From the NCBI GenBank assembly GCA_002189035.1, contig NEEC01000002.1, forward strand, positions 5,580,001 through 5,644,000: a stretch of DNA of 64,000 nucleotides, given 5' to 3'. The notes beneath the pieces were generated by a model. It saw nothing but the letters and a program-made list of their open reading frames with translations. It had not been told where the DNA came from and did not search any database. Both the position numbers and the translations under genes were made by a program. Shown one piece after another: positions 1-11,951 of this stretch (position 1 is the stretch's first letter; each line of letters begins with the position of its first letter). The stretch is from Utricularia gibba (Eukaryota; Plantae; Magnoliophyta).

Positions 1-543
1 TAAAGAAGATAGATTTGATATTTTAGATTGGTGGAAGACACAAGCTTCCATTTATCCAACTTTGGCACAAGTTACAAATCTGTGCTTGCACCACCTGCTT
101 CTACAGTTGAATGAGAGTGCTTTCACTTTGGGTGGCAGAGTCCTTACCGAAGAGATCAAACTTGGCAGCCACCACTTTGAAAGCTTGTATTTGCTTTGTT
201 GAGAATGATAGAGATAACAAGAAAGATGAATGAAATTCTGCATCTGAGACTGATTGATTTGTTTCATTCCTTTGTATGCCTTTTTATTTTTGTTGTTGTA
301 TTCTTTGTATACTTTTATTGAAGACCATATTATTAACTTCTTAATAGCTACGAAATTTGGTTACATGTGCTATGAAATGTTTCAAAAATTTAAATTGTAC
401 CAGTTACATGTGCAGGTCCGATCCCGATTACTGGTCAACCCGGGACAACTCGTAGTTGGGATGAGTGAACCTCCTTGACCCATCGACTCGTACCAGCAGG
501 ACTGAGTCGTGACCTGTCCGGGTCAGACCCATGCCCATGCCTA
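1..543 (+). mobile_element. hAT transposon 3' end: decayed C-terminal dimerization domain, subterminal region and right TIR
   Basis: 1-250 reads KEDRFDILDWWKTQASIYPTLAQV..(frameshift)..APPASTV..ESAFTLGGRVL, the hAT dimerization motif. The GC-rich subterminal block at 420-543 ends CCCATGCCCATGCCTA (reverse complement TAGGCATGGG, a hAT-type TIR). Confidence 0.8.
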
Positions 544-1727
544 CTTTGCTCACATCTTCCAAAATATTCATCAAATGTTTTTTCTCCTTTCATAACTATT
601 AACACATTTTTTTCAAAGTCTCTTGAGATTTTTCATATCTCATCATATGATTAAATCCTTCTTCTTCCATAGATATAAAGTGATGATCACGCATTACAAT
701 CCAATCTCCTATAATCTCCTTCATCTTTCCCTCATCATACTATAAAAAGTGAATTGCCTAGATCTCCATCTGAAACAATCTTTAGTGTTGTTTACTTAAA
801 TCTATCAAATTATCTTTTTTTTCAATGCCTCACAACTTTCAATGTGTCTTCTCAAGTTCATGTAGGATTACCGTTGCTTTTTTTGAAAAACTTGTCACAA
901 TGTATACATTGATTTTTAAAAGATTGTCTATAGGATCAACCGAATTTCTAAAAATTTTTCACACATCAGATTTCTTTGATCTCTTTGCAACTTAATCGTC
1001 ATCTAAATCTTCAATATGTTCTTCTATATTTGCATCTTTTGTACCGGTTTCTAATTGTTCATGGATTACTTCATCATTAATAACATCAAAATCCATGAGT
1101 AACTTATGCACCATATCCTTAAATTTGATTAAAAAAAAAAGAGCACGAAACAAATTGATTCCCACACAAATTCATTAAAACATAGAATTTGAAGAAAAAA
1201 AAAAGTAAAACAAGCATCACAATTTTGAATACTTACTGGTTTGAGTATAGGATTTAAGTTTAAAATTTCAATGAATAAAAGACTCAAAAAGTCTTCCGAT
1301 AATCAAGTGCAAACTAAGAAACAAAAAGTAGCTCAACGGTCTAGTCTAATTAATAGGAAGAATAAAAGTTTATTGGGATTTGGAATTGTAAATTGTCACA
1401 TCAAAAAGAAATATTAACATATTTTTATCATATATTCATTTTCAATAACTTAATATATATGATTGATATTCACTTTTATATTATTAGATCATTTTTAAAT
1501 ATAGGAATTAAATGAATGTCTTAAACAATAAAATACTATAATATATTTATGGTATAATTTACTCTTTCATAGTAAATATATTTGTTTGATAGTATTTTAA
1601 TTAATTTTATATCATTAAAATTTTTTTATAAAAAAGCTCGTGTGCCGACTCGAGAACCTCGTTAGTAGTCGTCAGTATAAAATATATTGATGTTTATTCG
1701 AGCTAAGCTAGACTCGTTAGTAGTCCT
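544..1727 (-). mobile_element. Second hAT element, 5' fragment with BED zinc finger, truncated at the end of the first hAT
   Basis: The minus strand gives QCIHCDKFF..GNPT..LRRHIESC (BED finger) and IGDWIVMRDHHFISMEEEGFNHMM (hAT N-terminal motif), with stops and frameshifts. Repeated CTCGTTAGTAGTC at ~1650 and ~1715 and a TAGGACTA-like end at ~1727 suggest the 5' terminus. Confidence 0.65.
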
Positions 1728-1879
1728 AATTTAAATTCAATTTTCTTTCATTTCATTGCATTATTTCTACTATGATCAAAGTTTTTGTTCCTCAAGTTTA
1801 TGCATGATTCTTATGTTGTAATTAATTTCACGTTTGTTGTAGAAAAATGAAATCTCTTCCAGTTTAATAGTAAACAATT

Positions 1880-2450
1880 GTTAATAACTCTAATAAGGAG
1901 AGTATTAATAATCAAAACCAACCAATTCAAGTAGTAGGCGTAGTTGGACACCACCAGAACTGAAGTCTTCTGTTGTCTCTTACAAATAAAGCATATTGCT
2001 TGGATGGAATAACGAGAATGGTTTTCGTTCTGGTTATTAAATTGTAATTTAAGATAATTAAAAATATTACTTACTAAATTAGATATACATGTCAACACTC
2101 ATGTTATGTCAATGTATCACAATTGAGAAAAAAACAAATACTACAAATTGTTTTAGATCTTGAGAAAATCAAGAACAAGTTAGAATAGCTCTACTTATAT
2201 GATAGCTGTCATATCCGAATAGTGGACAAAAATTGCATAGGTGATATTTATTCTAGTTGCTATGTTATTTTTTATTTTGAATCATATTTTGTTTTAATTT
2301 TGTTGTTATGTTATATTCATCCGAAACTTGAAAGATTATATTTAAAACAATGACTATTATATCCATAATGGAAAAAAGATTTTTGATAGAGATCTTGCAA
2401 CATGGGAATTCGAAACTAATACACAATTCTGAAAAGAGATGGTTTATACA
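1880..2450 (+). pseudogene. PIF/Harbinger Myb/SANT-like ORF1 remnant
   Basis: Fragments SSRRSWTPPE, LGWNNENGFRSGY and YP*WKKIFDRDLATWEFET match the Harbinger Myb/SANT pattern (RRxWT..GW.xNGFRxGY..FGKDRATG). Multiple stops. Confidence 0.6.
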
Positions 2451-3230
2451 ATGTTATACAGTGTTATACAGTGATCAAGTCAGAGATGGTTGATCACTGG
2501 CTTGCTGATGGCTTCGTGATACCTGTAGTGATGTAATCCAGATTTATAATCAATGGTGTTATTGACATTTTTATAATAAATGTTTTATGTTAATAGTATC
2601 AAATCATAATTATAATATTAATCACAAATTTTTGTCGAGTGTTACCATGTTCCTGCCAATATGAAATGTGATATCTAGTAGGGTTTATAAGATTTGTAAG
2701 AGAAAAGAAAAAGAAAAATGTGCAAAAAGTAATACTAAAAGTTTACAATCTGTCGGGTCATTTATTTTTTTAAATAAATATTTAATCTTAATAACAAAAA
2801 TAATATGTTTATTCTTTACCAAAAGCCATATATTTATAAAAAAACAATCAATACACTCTAAGTGCATTACCGCGATTATTTCGAAAACAAATGTGTTGAT
2901 TTTTGTTCCAAAATATATTTTTAACATAAACATTTCTTACATAGCTTGCACTCAATAGAATTCCAGTAAATTCATCTAATAAACAATGTTAGAATATCTC
3001 ATCAACCGACAATCGTCATGATTCAATGTTTAATAACATATTTAATAGTTTTTATAGAGAAAATAAAAGCTATTGTGTTATTGAAGTTATTTTAACTTGT
3101 TATTATATTTATTCCAAAAATTTACTCATTTCATAAATGAGATCCATATTAATCACTGATTGTCAACGACCTCATACATTTTATCAATCAACTCGATATA
3201 AATCATTCATGCCAGCAGAATAAATGAAAC

Positions 3231-3511
3231 AATACGAGAATAAATGAATGAAACAATACCACAAATTATATATTTTGTTTTATGAAATTACATATTTTTT
3301 GTATATTTACATGATACCTTAATTTTTATTTTTCATTTATAAAATACCACATTTTAATTAAATTATAATTACTATTTAAATTCTAACTATTATATAATAA
3401 TAATAACCTACTTTAAATTAATATTGAATTCCTAATTTAGCATAATTATAAAATATTTATTAATTCACTTTTTTAAAAAAATTATTGAATTGACTACCTA
3501 ATTTAACAAGC
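3231..3511 (+). repeat. Left copy of a ~280-bp inverted repeat (candidate MULE TIR)
   Basis: Its reverse complement aligns by eye with 13448-13717, for example the shared run TTATTATATAATAGTTAGAATTTAAATA..TTTAATTAAAATGTGGTATTTTATAAATGAAAA. Confidence 0.75.
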
Positions 3512-4771
3512 AGGGCAGAGGGTCTTTTTGAGAACTAATCATCCTCTCATTGACACATTTGAAAAATAACCATCCTTTTTTTCTTATTTAAAAACTAACC
3601 ATACTTTTTAATTTATTAAATATTAATCATTATATATTCATTTTTTAATTAAATAAATAACAATGCATGTATTTTTTTTAATTAATTTCTACTTACATAT
3701 ATAAATAGTATAATATAATTATTTTTAATTTTTAAAATATAAATGATTATATTTTTAACATTTATTCAATGTTCAATACATCTATGAGGAATAAATTTAT
3801 TTTGTATAAAAAAATAAAAATATGTATTTATTAATTAGTATAATATAATAAATAAAGAATAAGTGTTAAATTTATACTTTGGAGTAGTTTTTATTTAGTA
3901 AAAAACATTGATTTCATATTTCATTTGAAAATTAGTTTAGTTATGTTAGATTGCTTTATTTTAAATTACCCTATCTTTTCAGTTTTTACAATATGTTATT
4001 ATATAATTAATTTAAATATTATTTTTTAATATAATAAGATATTTTTATACCAACATATTTTCATTATCAAAAAATCGTTTTCTTTTATTAATAATCTTCT
4101 GCTCAGTATATCTATTATATATGCAACATATAAAATCAAATGCTTTTTAAAAAATTCGAAATAACACAAATTTTAAAAAAAAAATTTTATTTACAATTTG
4201 ACTTGAATGGTTTTGTAAAATGAATAAATAAAATATAAAAAGTTATATGCAATATATTTAAAAACTAAATACTTTCATTTAATTCATAAGTTTTATTACT
4301 TCATAACAAAAATGATTATTGTTATTGGTAAATAAAAATATATAACATATCTAAAAATATCTACAATTATGATTATCATTTACAATATATAATTTTCATA
4401 TAATAAATTAAATTTTAATGAACATAAGCATGAATGCTTATAAAGAAAAAATAATTTATTATAAAATTACAATATTTCGAGTTAAAATATGATAAATAAA
4501 ATATATTATCAATTTTTCTTAAACATGTGATTTCATTTGTTTCTCATAATCAATATTAAATATGAGTAATCTATTTTTTTACTTAAATTTTTAGTAAAAA
4601 TAGATAATTTGATGTAACAATTTTTTTATAATCATAAATAAATTAAAATAATGAAAATAAAATTAATTCAAGTATGAAAAATGATTAAAACATAAAGTAT
4701 AAATGATGTAATACGAATAATAGTATTCAAAAAATCAAAATGGATGTCTAGTTTTTAAAAAATAGCAGCAA

Positions 4772-6666
4772 TTAATACATATAACGCTCAATAATGCTTT
4801 TATAGATTTATCAATGTGGATCAGTCTCATCAATTGGCTTCTGACTGAACCAAAATTCGATGACGTAACTTCCCACATCATCCACATCTAGACACCCTGA
4901 AATAACAAATGAAATATATTGTAGAGGTCAAGAAAATTGTTCATACCTTCAGTGCAATTCCATGAGATGGGAAATATTGCATTGTTAACCTAGAAAAATT
5001 GCATTAAAGAGATTTATAGAATAAAATTAAGAATAAAGAAATTTAATAAACAATTAAAAGTCACTAACTGGGTTTAAAATTGATTTATACGGAGAGTCAT
5101 CCAATAGCAATTTGTTGGTAGAGTTGTATTTGACTTCAAATACTTCATTTTCCCAAATATACCGTAGAGGTTTAAACTTCATGGTATCAAATGCATTATC
5201 GATCCACCTCTCCGAAGTGATTATGCAATTGTTTTGATCCCATAAAAACACCAAATTCTCCTTGATATTATTTCTAAAAATGTACTCTACCAAAGCTTAA
5301 CTATATCGCTATCATCAAAAATACTATTAGTAATTGAACAAAAATAAATCAATTTAATTGCATAATACAATATTTAAAAAATGACTTACATTCCCCTAGA
5401 TGACCATATTCCTACATCAAAATTTGTCATACACCACTCTAAAAAAGATCTAGAATATGGTTTTAAATACATTGAAAACAAAAATGGTTAATCTTATATG
5501 TAATTTCAAAAAATGAAACAAATAAATATATTAACCTCCTTGTCCCTTAATCATAATTGGAGGTACATTATTTCTATAATATATGACATCGGCTAGTACC
5601 CCACAAATGTCTAAAACAAGTAACTTCCGGAACATCATGGAAAAATAGCTAGGTTGCGCAATCAAGCTTCCAGTTCTTTCTTTATAATTACAAAGAGTAC
5701 TAGTCAATTTCTCTATCTCTGATTGTGGCTCCAATAACTCCAATTGTACCCTTTGTAACTACAAATAAAATAGTAAATATGAGAAGAAAATATGTAATTT
5801 ATATAAATCATTTAAAAATAAGTAACATACATACCATTTCAACTAAAGTGTCAACATGTGTGAAAGATGAAGTATCATAAGGCTATTGAACGTCTCATGG
5901 CACATTTTCGATATTCAGAATTTCTAGAGATTGTTATTGTCTAGATGCATTCCTTTTAGTGCCATACCAAATACGTCTAGTACTTCGAGTTTTCATAAAT
6001 GGTGGCTAAACTTCTGACCATTTCAATTGTTTACTGTGAATCAAGATAATCAAAGAAACTCTTGACGCTTCATCTAATTCATTGACACCTTCATAAAAAT
6101 AATCATGGTAATTTAACTAATATAAATCAATCAAATTATAAACAATTAACCGAAAATTAAAAAATATACTAAAATAGATTAAATTATAACACTACTATAA
6201 TTAAAACATATCTTCAGCAATTCCAACCGAATCGAGGTCTCCAATTATTCCTGTACTAATTCGAATTTGTGTACTCATTCGTGGTATCACCCATATGAAA
6301 CTCGACCACCATGCACCATAATATATTTGTAATCCTTCAACAATAATAGAAAAATCTTGCTTGCAAGTGATAGAAAACCGGTTTGAATTTGTAACTCGCT
6401 TGCAAAGAATTAGACTGAAGAATGCACTTACTGAACACGGAAATCCATATGACTCACAAATATAACCGAAGCCCAATATATTTGCAATTGATGGTGGTGT
6501 CGCATATGCCAAGTGGAAGCTTCAATTTTCGTAGCACTTTTACCACGAAAGGATGAATCGGAAATCATAGACCACATCGAAAATGTTCTGTACAAACAAA
6601 AAATCCTCCATTTCCGATTCTTTCAAGAGCTAAATCCGTGATTTCTTCACCATCAATTTTATCCAC
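4772..6666 (-). pseudogene. Spliced fusion pseudogene: Transposase_28/PF04195-like domain, linker and FCP1-homology (NIF/HAD phosphatase-like) domain
   Basis: Exons 6666-6212, 6088-5835, 5758-5536, 5471-5390, 5300-5069, 4989-4947 and 4896-4772 join with consistent phases. Motifs: HFRCGL*FPIHPF..TPPSIANILGFGYICESYG (TRP28); RKLLVLDICGVLADV, LKPYSRSFLEWCMTNFDVGIWSSR, VFLWDQNNC, LLLDDSPYKSILNP (FCP1). About 9 in-frame stops and two mutated splice sites. Confidence 0.75.
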
Positions 6667-7921
6667 TGTTGCGTATCGTTTTCTCAACAAATTTTAAATA
6701 TTTAAAACGTAAAACATTAAAAAGTGTAGTACGAGTAATGATCACAGGGAGTTGTTTTCGTGAAAAGTGTTTTGTAAGAAACTTTTAGAAAATGTCACGG
6801 TTTTGTAAAAGGGGGTTTGTGAAGTACATAAATAAAAGTTTCAATCTAAGTAATGGCCTGGACTACGGGACACAGTTACTGGGAATAAGATTTTATCTCC
6901 TTCCTTTGTCTATCCTCGCCTCGGTTTTCTTTGATTTCTTCCGAATAGCTGGTTATAGGAGAAAGGAATAGCTTACTCTTCCTTACACTCTGATTGACAA
7001 GGAGGCACGGGAATAGCCTCATTTGACTCCCCTTTGGACTATTAGGAAGACAAGAGGATTGCCTTCGATTGCCTTCATAACCGAATTGCGCGCGTGTGCC
7101 CAGCTGTTGCCAATGGCCAATGGCAAGTAAGAGGTCACAACCTGTTCACTGTCGCGGTACCTAGGCCACAAACAATCCGCTACTTCCCTCGAACCGATAG
7201 GGTTGGAGTTGGTGCTTTTCACTTTGATCTTCACCAAAATCCGCAGGGAGTGGCCTGCTACTCACGGACCTTGAGTAAGAGTCGTTACACAAAGATTGCA
7301 ACAATATGCGTGGAAGTATGCAGAATCCGAATTGAATTCAGCGAAGAACCGAGTATATTACTCAAGACTTGGAAGTAAATTTCATCTACTCCCAGAAACT
7401 AAAGAGTTTTAGCCACAAAGGCCCGTGGAAAAAGAAACGTAAATGAAAGCTAAGTGTTCTTCCTCCTTGAAGAGGAGGAGAAACCTAAAAGTTCTAAGTA
7501 CAAGAGAAATTGTTCAAAAGTCCGAAACTAAGTAATCCAAATGGCTTTTATATGACTCCCCACGTGCAAAAACTCCTTTGTGTCCCCTTCCCATCATTCC
7601 TTCTATCTTGCATGCACCAGCAGCTTTCCTTTGCGTGCAAGTTAGCGTCCAATTATTGCTGCAGACTCTGACATGCCGTAAGTAAGGGGCCTTGACCAGT
7701 TTCAGTCTTCCGCCCACAATTGTTCCAAGTTGCGTACAAGGCACGAAAAGTTAGACTCTGACCACCTGAAATACTCCTGCAACACTCAACAACAGTCTCC
7801 TGACATGTCTCGGTCAAAGTGTGAGAAAAAAGACATAAAATATATACAAAATAGGAAAATAGAAATTTTCCAATAAAAATGAAATAATTAATAATAAGAC
7901 TCCAAATTGGGCGACTTAGCA
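6667..7921 (-). mobile_element. LTR-like segment (Athila/Tat-type), probably a solo or recombinant LTR
   Basis: TG...CA ends (TGTTGCG at 6667, CTTAGCA at 7921). The minus strand has TATAAAAG followed by a pyrimidine-rich region and a U5-like CTCCCTGTGATC motif resembling the LTR at 10530-11951. Flanks TCCAC/CTAGA do not form a TSD, so the ends are uncertain. Confidence 0.45.
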
Positions 7922-7972
7922 CTAGATTAACACTTAATAATAGCTAATAAATAACTAGAAAAAATGATTTTT

Positions 7973-8322
7973 AGGCACTGCAACCACGAGATGCAATGCT
8001 TGGAAATCATATGTAACCAAATGAAAAAAATATTTCCAGACATTGCATCGCGTTCTATCAATGTCTGGAAACTTCAAGGCACTGCAACCATGCGATGCAG
8101 TGCCTGGAAATAATATGTAACCAAATTAAAAAAAAAAATTTCCAGACATTGCATCGTGTGCTAGCAGTGTACAGAATTTTCAGACACTAATAATAAACAA
8201 AGTAGTGCCTAGAATGACATTTTTTTTGCAATTTTTGGAATGACATTATTTTTAATTAATTAAACATGTATTACTAATGTCTACTTTCCAAGCACTGTTA
8301 ACACACGAAGCAGTGCTGGGAA
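7973..8322. repeat. Tandem array of palindromic hairpin motifs (two 104-bp units plus decayed copies)
   Basis: Units start at 7973 and 8077. Stems include GGCACTGCA..TGCAGTGCC, TTCCAGACATTG..CAATGTCTGGAA and TTCCAAGCACTG..CAGTGCTGGGAA. Confidence 0.8.
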
Positions 8323-9154
8323 TCCAGAAACGCCTTTGTGTGTTAGCCGTGTGTGGATTTCAGGTAATACTCACTTGTCTTCAGTATAGGATTTAAATGG
8401 AATTGGTGACAACCCTGTGGAATAAAATATTAATTAGATTGAAAATTCCTAAATAATAGTAATAACTAATTTTATAGAGCTTACCATTTGCGTATGAGAA
8501 CAAAGATATCTCTCTATCAATCAAATACCGCAATCGCACGTTTGATCTCGAACATTGACTCTATATATTCGCATGGAATGATGTCCCCAAGATTGTACCT
8601 CACATGTTTGCATGTTCACATTATATGATATGCATTTAAACATTGTTAATTAATTCGATGTTTCTTGATACTTCACGTGGATTTTGTGTCCCAAGGGAAC
8701 ACCTTTTTTCTGCCTTGATAGTGCCTTTGATCTATAACGTCACGTGTCTTTTCGAAGGTCACCTACAAAGTTATGGTAACATCAAAATTTATTCAATAAT
8801 GAAACTAAATTGCAACTCGTATAACTTTTGCAAGTGCGGTTGGAGGTAAACGTCTTGCTGATCGTAAAACGTTATTCATACACTCAACGTGATTTATAGT
8901 CATGAGTGTGTGTCTATATTTTAAGAAAACATGTTAGCTAAAGTAAGTAAAACAAACAACAAAAACGTTTTATCGATGTCCACCATCATAAAGCAATATC
9001 CACTTTTCTTTGGGTATTCTTTCTAAATAGTGACAGACATCAATCGAATGTCTTGCTATCTCGCTCATAGCCATATTGAAATCAGTTTCGGTTCTAGCAT
9101 AGGAAACTCTTTTGATCTATTGTTCCAAACCTTTTGATTTCGAATGAACATGCT

Positions 9155-9620
9155 TGTTATGGGTGAAAATTGGTTGAGTGGACCGGGTTGATTTTTCGGT
9201 TATGGAGGTGACTGGAAAGGCCACTTTCGTATATTTTTTTCGTGATCTGTTTGGTTTGACTGGGTGAAATGAATCCAGGCCGATATTTCTAACGTGGAAA
9301 CCGTCGTAAGACGGAAAAATCACGGAGCTATTGGAGCTCGCCGGAGAAGATTTTCTTACTAGCGGGATGTGGTGATGGAAAGTACAAATGGGAGGCTTTG
9401 GATCCAACCCCTTCTCCGTTATAATTTCTTCTACTTATGGGGGAGACCGGCCCGACTGAATCATGAGTTTTGTAGATGTCGGCTACCTTTCTGCACTTGT
9501 GCTATAATCTTGCTTTTCAGACAATCGCTGTCCATTCTGCCATGACTCAGTTACTCTTCAGACTGAGCCATACTGCCCTTGTCAGATCTTCTGACATATC
9601 ATCCGATTTATATCCTATCA
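9155..9620. mobile_element. Solo LTR (466 bp) inserted in the MULE transposase
   Basis: Begins TGTTATGG and ends TCCTATCA (imperfect TIR). Flanks ATGCT/ATGCG give a 4/5 TSD match. Transposase sequence resumes on both sides. Confidence 0.75.
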
Positions 9621-10529
9621 ATGCGACATACAATTTCTTTTGATATGGAAGTTGCACCATCGATGTATGCCATAGGGAGGGCTAAAGTGCTTGTAATTAT
9701 CATAAGCGCCAATAATCCTATAAGCACGATCAGAGATAATACATACATTTTTCCTTTGATAAATAAAATGATTGGCGAGATTACAAAAGAAAAATTCTCA
9801 ATCCTCAGGTTATTCTCCATATGCGAATGCATAGGTGACGGGAAAGACACAGTTACTAGCATCAATAGCAACACAAACCAACAACTTGTAGTTGTATCAT
9901 CCGTATAGGTGAGTCGCATCAACACAAAGCACGGATCGATAATATTGAAATCCTTCAATAGCAAACCTGAAAGCCCAAAACACATTTCGGAACACCTTCT
10001 TCCCATCTAGATCACGACTATGATGCCATATTACAATTGTGCCTAAGTTTTGAGTGCGAAGCTCTCTTAGATATCGCGGTAGCTCAATAGTAGAAGTTTC
10101 CCATGTTCCATAACGAATCTCAAAGGCTCTGGTTATATAAGCCCATGCCTATCAATAGGATATCTCATAATGCCATTACTGCTTTACATAGGCTTGCACA
10201 AACTTAACATCTATCTTTTCATTCAGAAGTGCAACTAAACGTGGTGCAATGAACTTGATTGTAAGATTAACATTGGATGTCACAAGATCAACTGTGACAT
10301 CGCATGTATGCGGTTCTACAAGCTTCGAGATCTTTCAAGTGTTAGATCGTGTCTGAAATCCTGCCCAGAGATAGAATGGATAATTAGAAGCTTTTTCTTT
10401 CATCTGACGACAAATGCAAGCATATGTCCTTTTATCACTTGTCACCATGCAGGTCTCTCGATGTGCTATAGAAGTATTGTAGAGAGCAACTGCATCAATA
10501 ATTGTTTGTTTATCTAAAAAAAAGCATCC

Positions 10530-11951
10530 TGATAACACACAAATTTTAATGTTTTAGGATAAGAAAAATCATAGATTTTAATTATGTTTAAGTGTTAATT
10601 TTATAGTTTTAAGTATTTTTATTTGATTAGGGAAAATATGATTTTTGGTGTAATTAGTGGGCTAAATCAAAGGATTTAGCCCACCCCATGTCTAACCCGA
10701 TTTTGGAGTCTAGCAGCAGCAGCCCAAGAATCAAGGAAAAATCTGGATTTCATGCAAGTCACTAGGGTGCAAGGGGCAATGAGTACACTGTCACGGCGAA
10801 AGTCTGCAAATCAGGGCCTGGAGCAGTAGATCTGTCAGAGAATGTACTTGCCTTAGGAAGTCGGAGGCAAGAGAAAGCTGAGAAGAGAGAATCGCAAAAA
10901 AGAAAAGGGAGTTCACCCCAGAATTTTCAAGGGGGGCAAACACACGAGGGGGTTTCTCCCCCCACCCCAACTGAAACACGAAGAAGGAGGAAGAAATGCG
11001 ATTTTTCTGGAGAAGAACCACCAGCTTGAAGGAAGAAGATTAAGACCCAGTTCAGCGCCACTGTTCCGGCCTGTGAACAGTGGCAGATGGAATCTAGAAA
11101 CTTTGCTGTCTTATTTTCATTTGCTTATGTTCTTAGCTTCTGCACTAAACTTCTGCACAATGTTCTCAACATTTTCGTTATTTTATGTTAATGCCATTAC
11201 ATTTTACCTTCAAAGCATGACTAACTAAACCCTAGGAGTGCCTTAAGGTGAAGCATGGTGGTGTGGGTCTAGGAGTCTTAGTAAAATTAACCTTAGTTTC
11301 TTAGCTCTTGTTTTTATCAAACCATGGGTAGACCTAATGAGGGGAACAAGTAGCTTTACAACTTAGATGCTTGATTTAGAGGTAGACCAACAAATCAAGA
11401 CGGGAGCAGTAGGTATTAGTCCGGGGTAGAACCAGTAGAACCGGGTAGATTTAGTTCTATATGCTTTGCATGCGGGTAGACCTAATTGTAAGGTTGGTGA
11501 TGATATGGAGGACTAACTTAGCCGAAAATATTGTGAATGACCCGGGTAGACTTAGGTTATTTGAAGTTGTGAGTATAGGAATATGGTAGATTAAATTAGA
11601 AATTTTGGCATCACATCACCTGTAGATCCTTAAGGCACGTTAGTATTATTCTGAGACAAAACCAGTACCTGTTACTTTAGCGTTAAGACCTTATATTGCT
11701 TACCGATCTTGTTTACCGATCTTGTTTACCGAACTTGTTTACCACTGTTGATCCGAGCTTAGACTAAGACTTACCTACTTTGAGTTCTGTATTTGCTGAA
11801 ATACAAGGCAAGCACAAGCTCCTTGTGATCGACCCCGAATTCCACTGTGCATTTTCAGATTAATATGTATTTTGTGAGGATTAGAGATTATAAATTTATT
11901 TGATAACGAATTTTCTATTTTTGCAACGACACTAGGAATTTCCGTTTATCA
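10530..11951 (+). mobile_element. Solo LTR (1422 bp), Ty3/Gypsy Athila-like, inserted in the MULE transposase
   Basis: TGATAA...TTATCA perfect 6-bp TIR and perfect 5-bp TSD CATCC on both sides. Internal 13-bp tandem CTTGTTTACCGAT at ~11700-11745 and recurrent GGTAGA motifs. Confidence 0.9.

Noticed and set aside
9608-10006. 132-aa hydrophobic ORF resembling a membrane protein
   Set aside because: It is an alternative frame of the MULE transposase domain; the neighbouring frame carries the VDATHLYG and CIISDR motifs.
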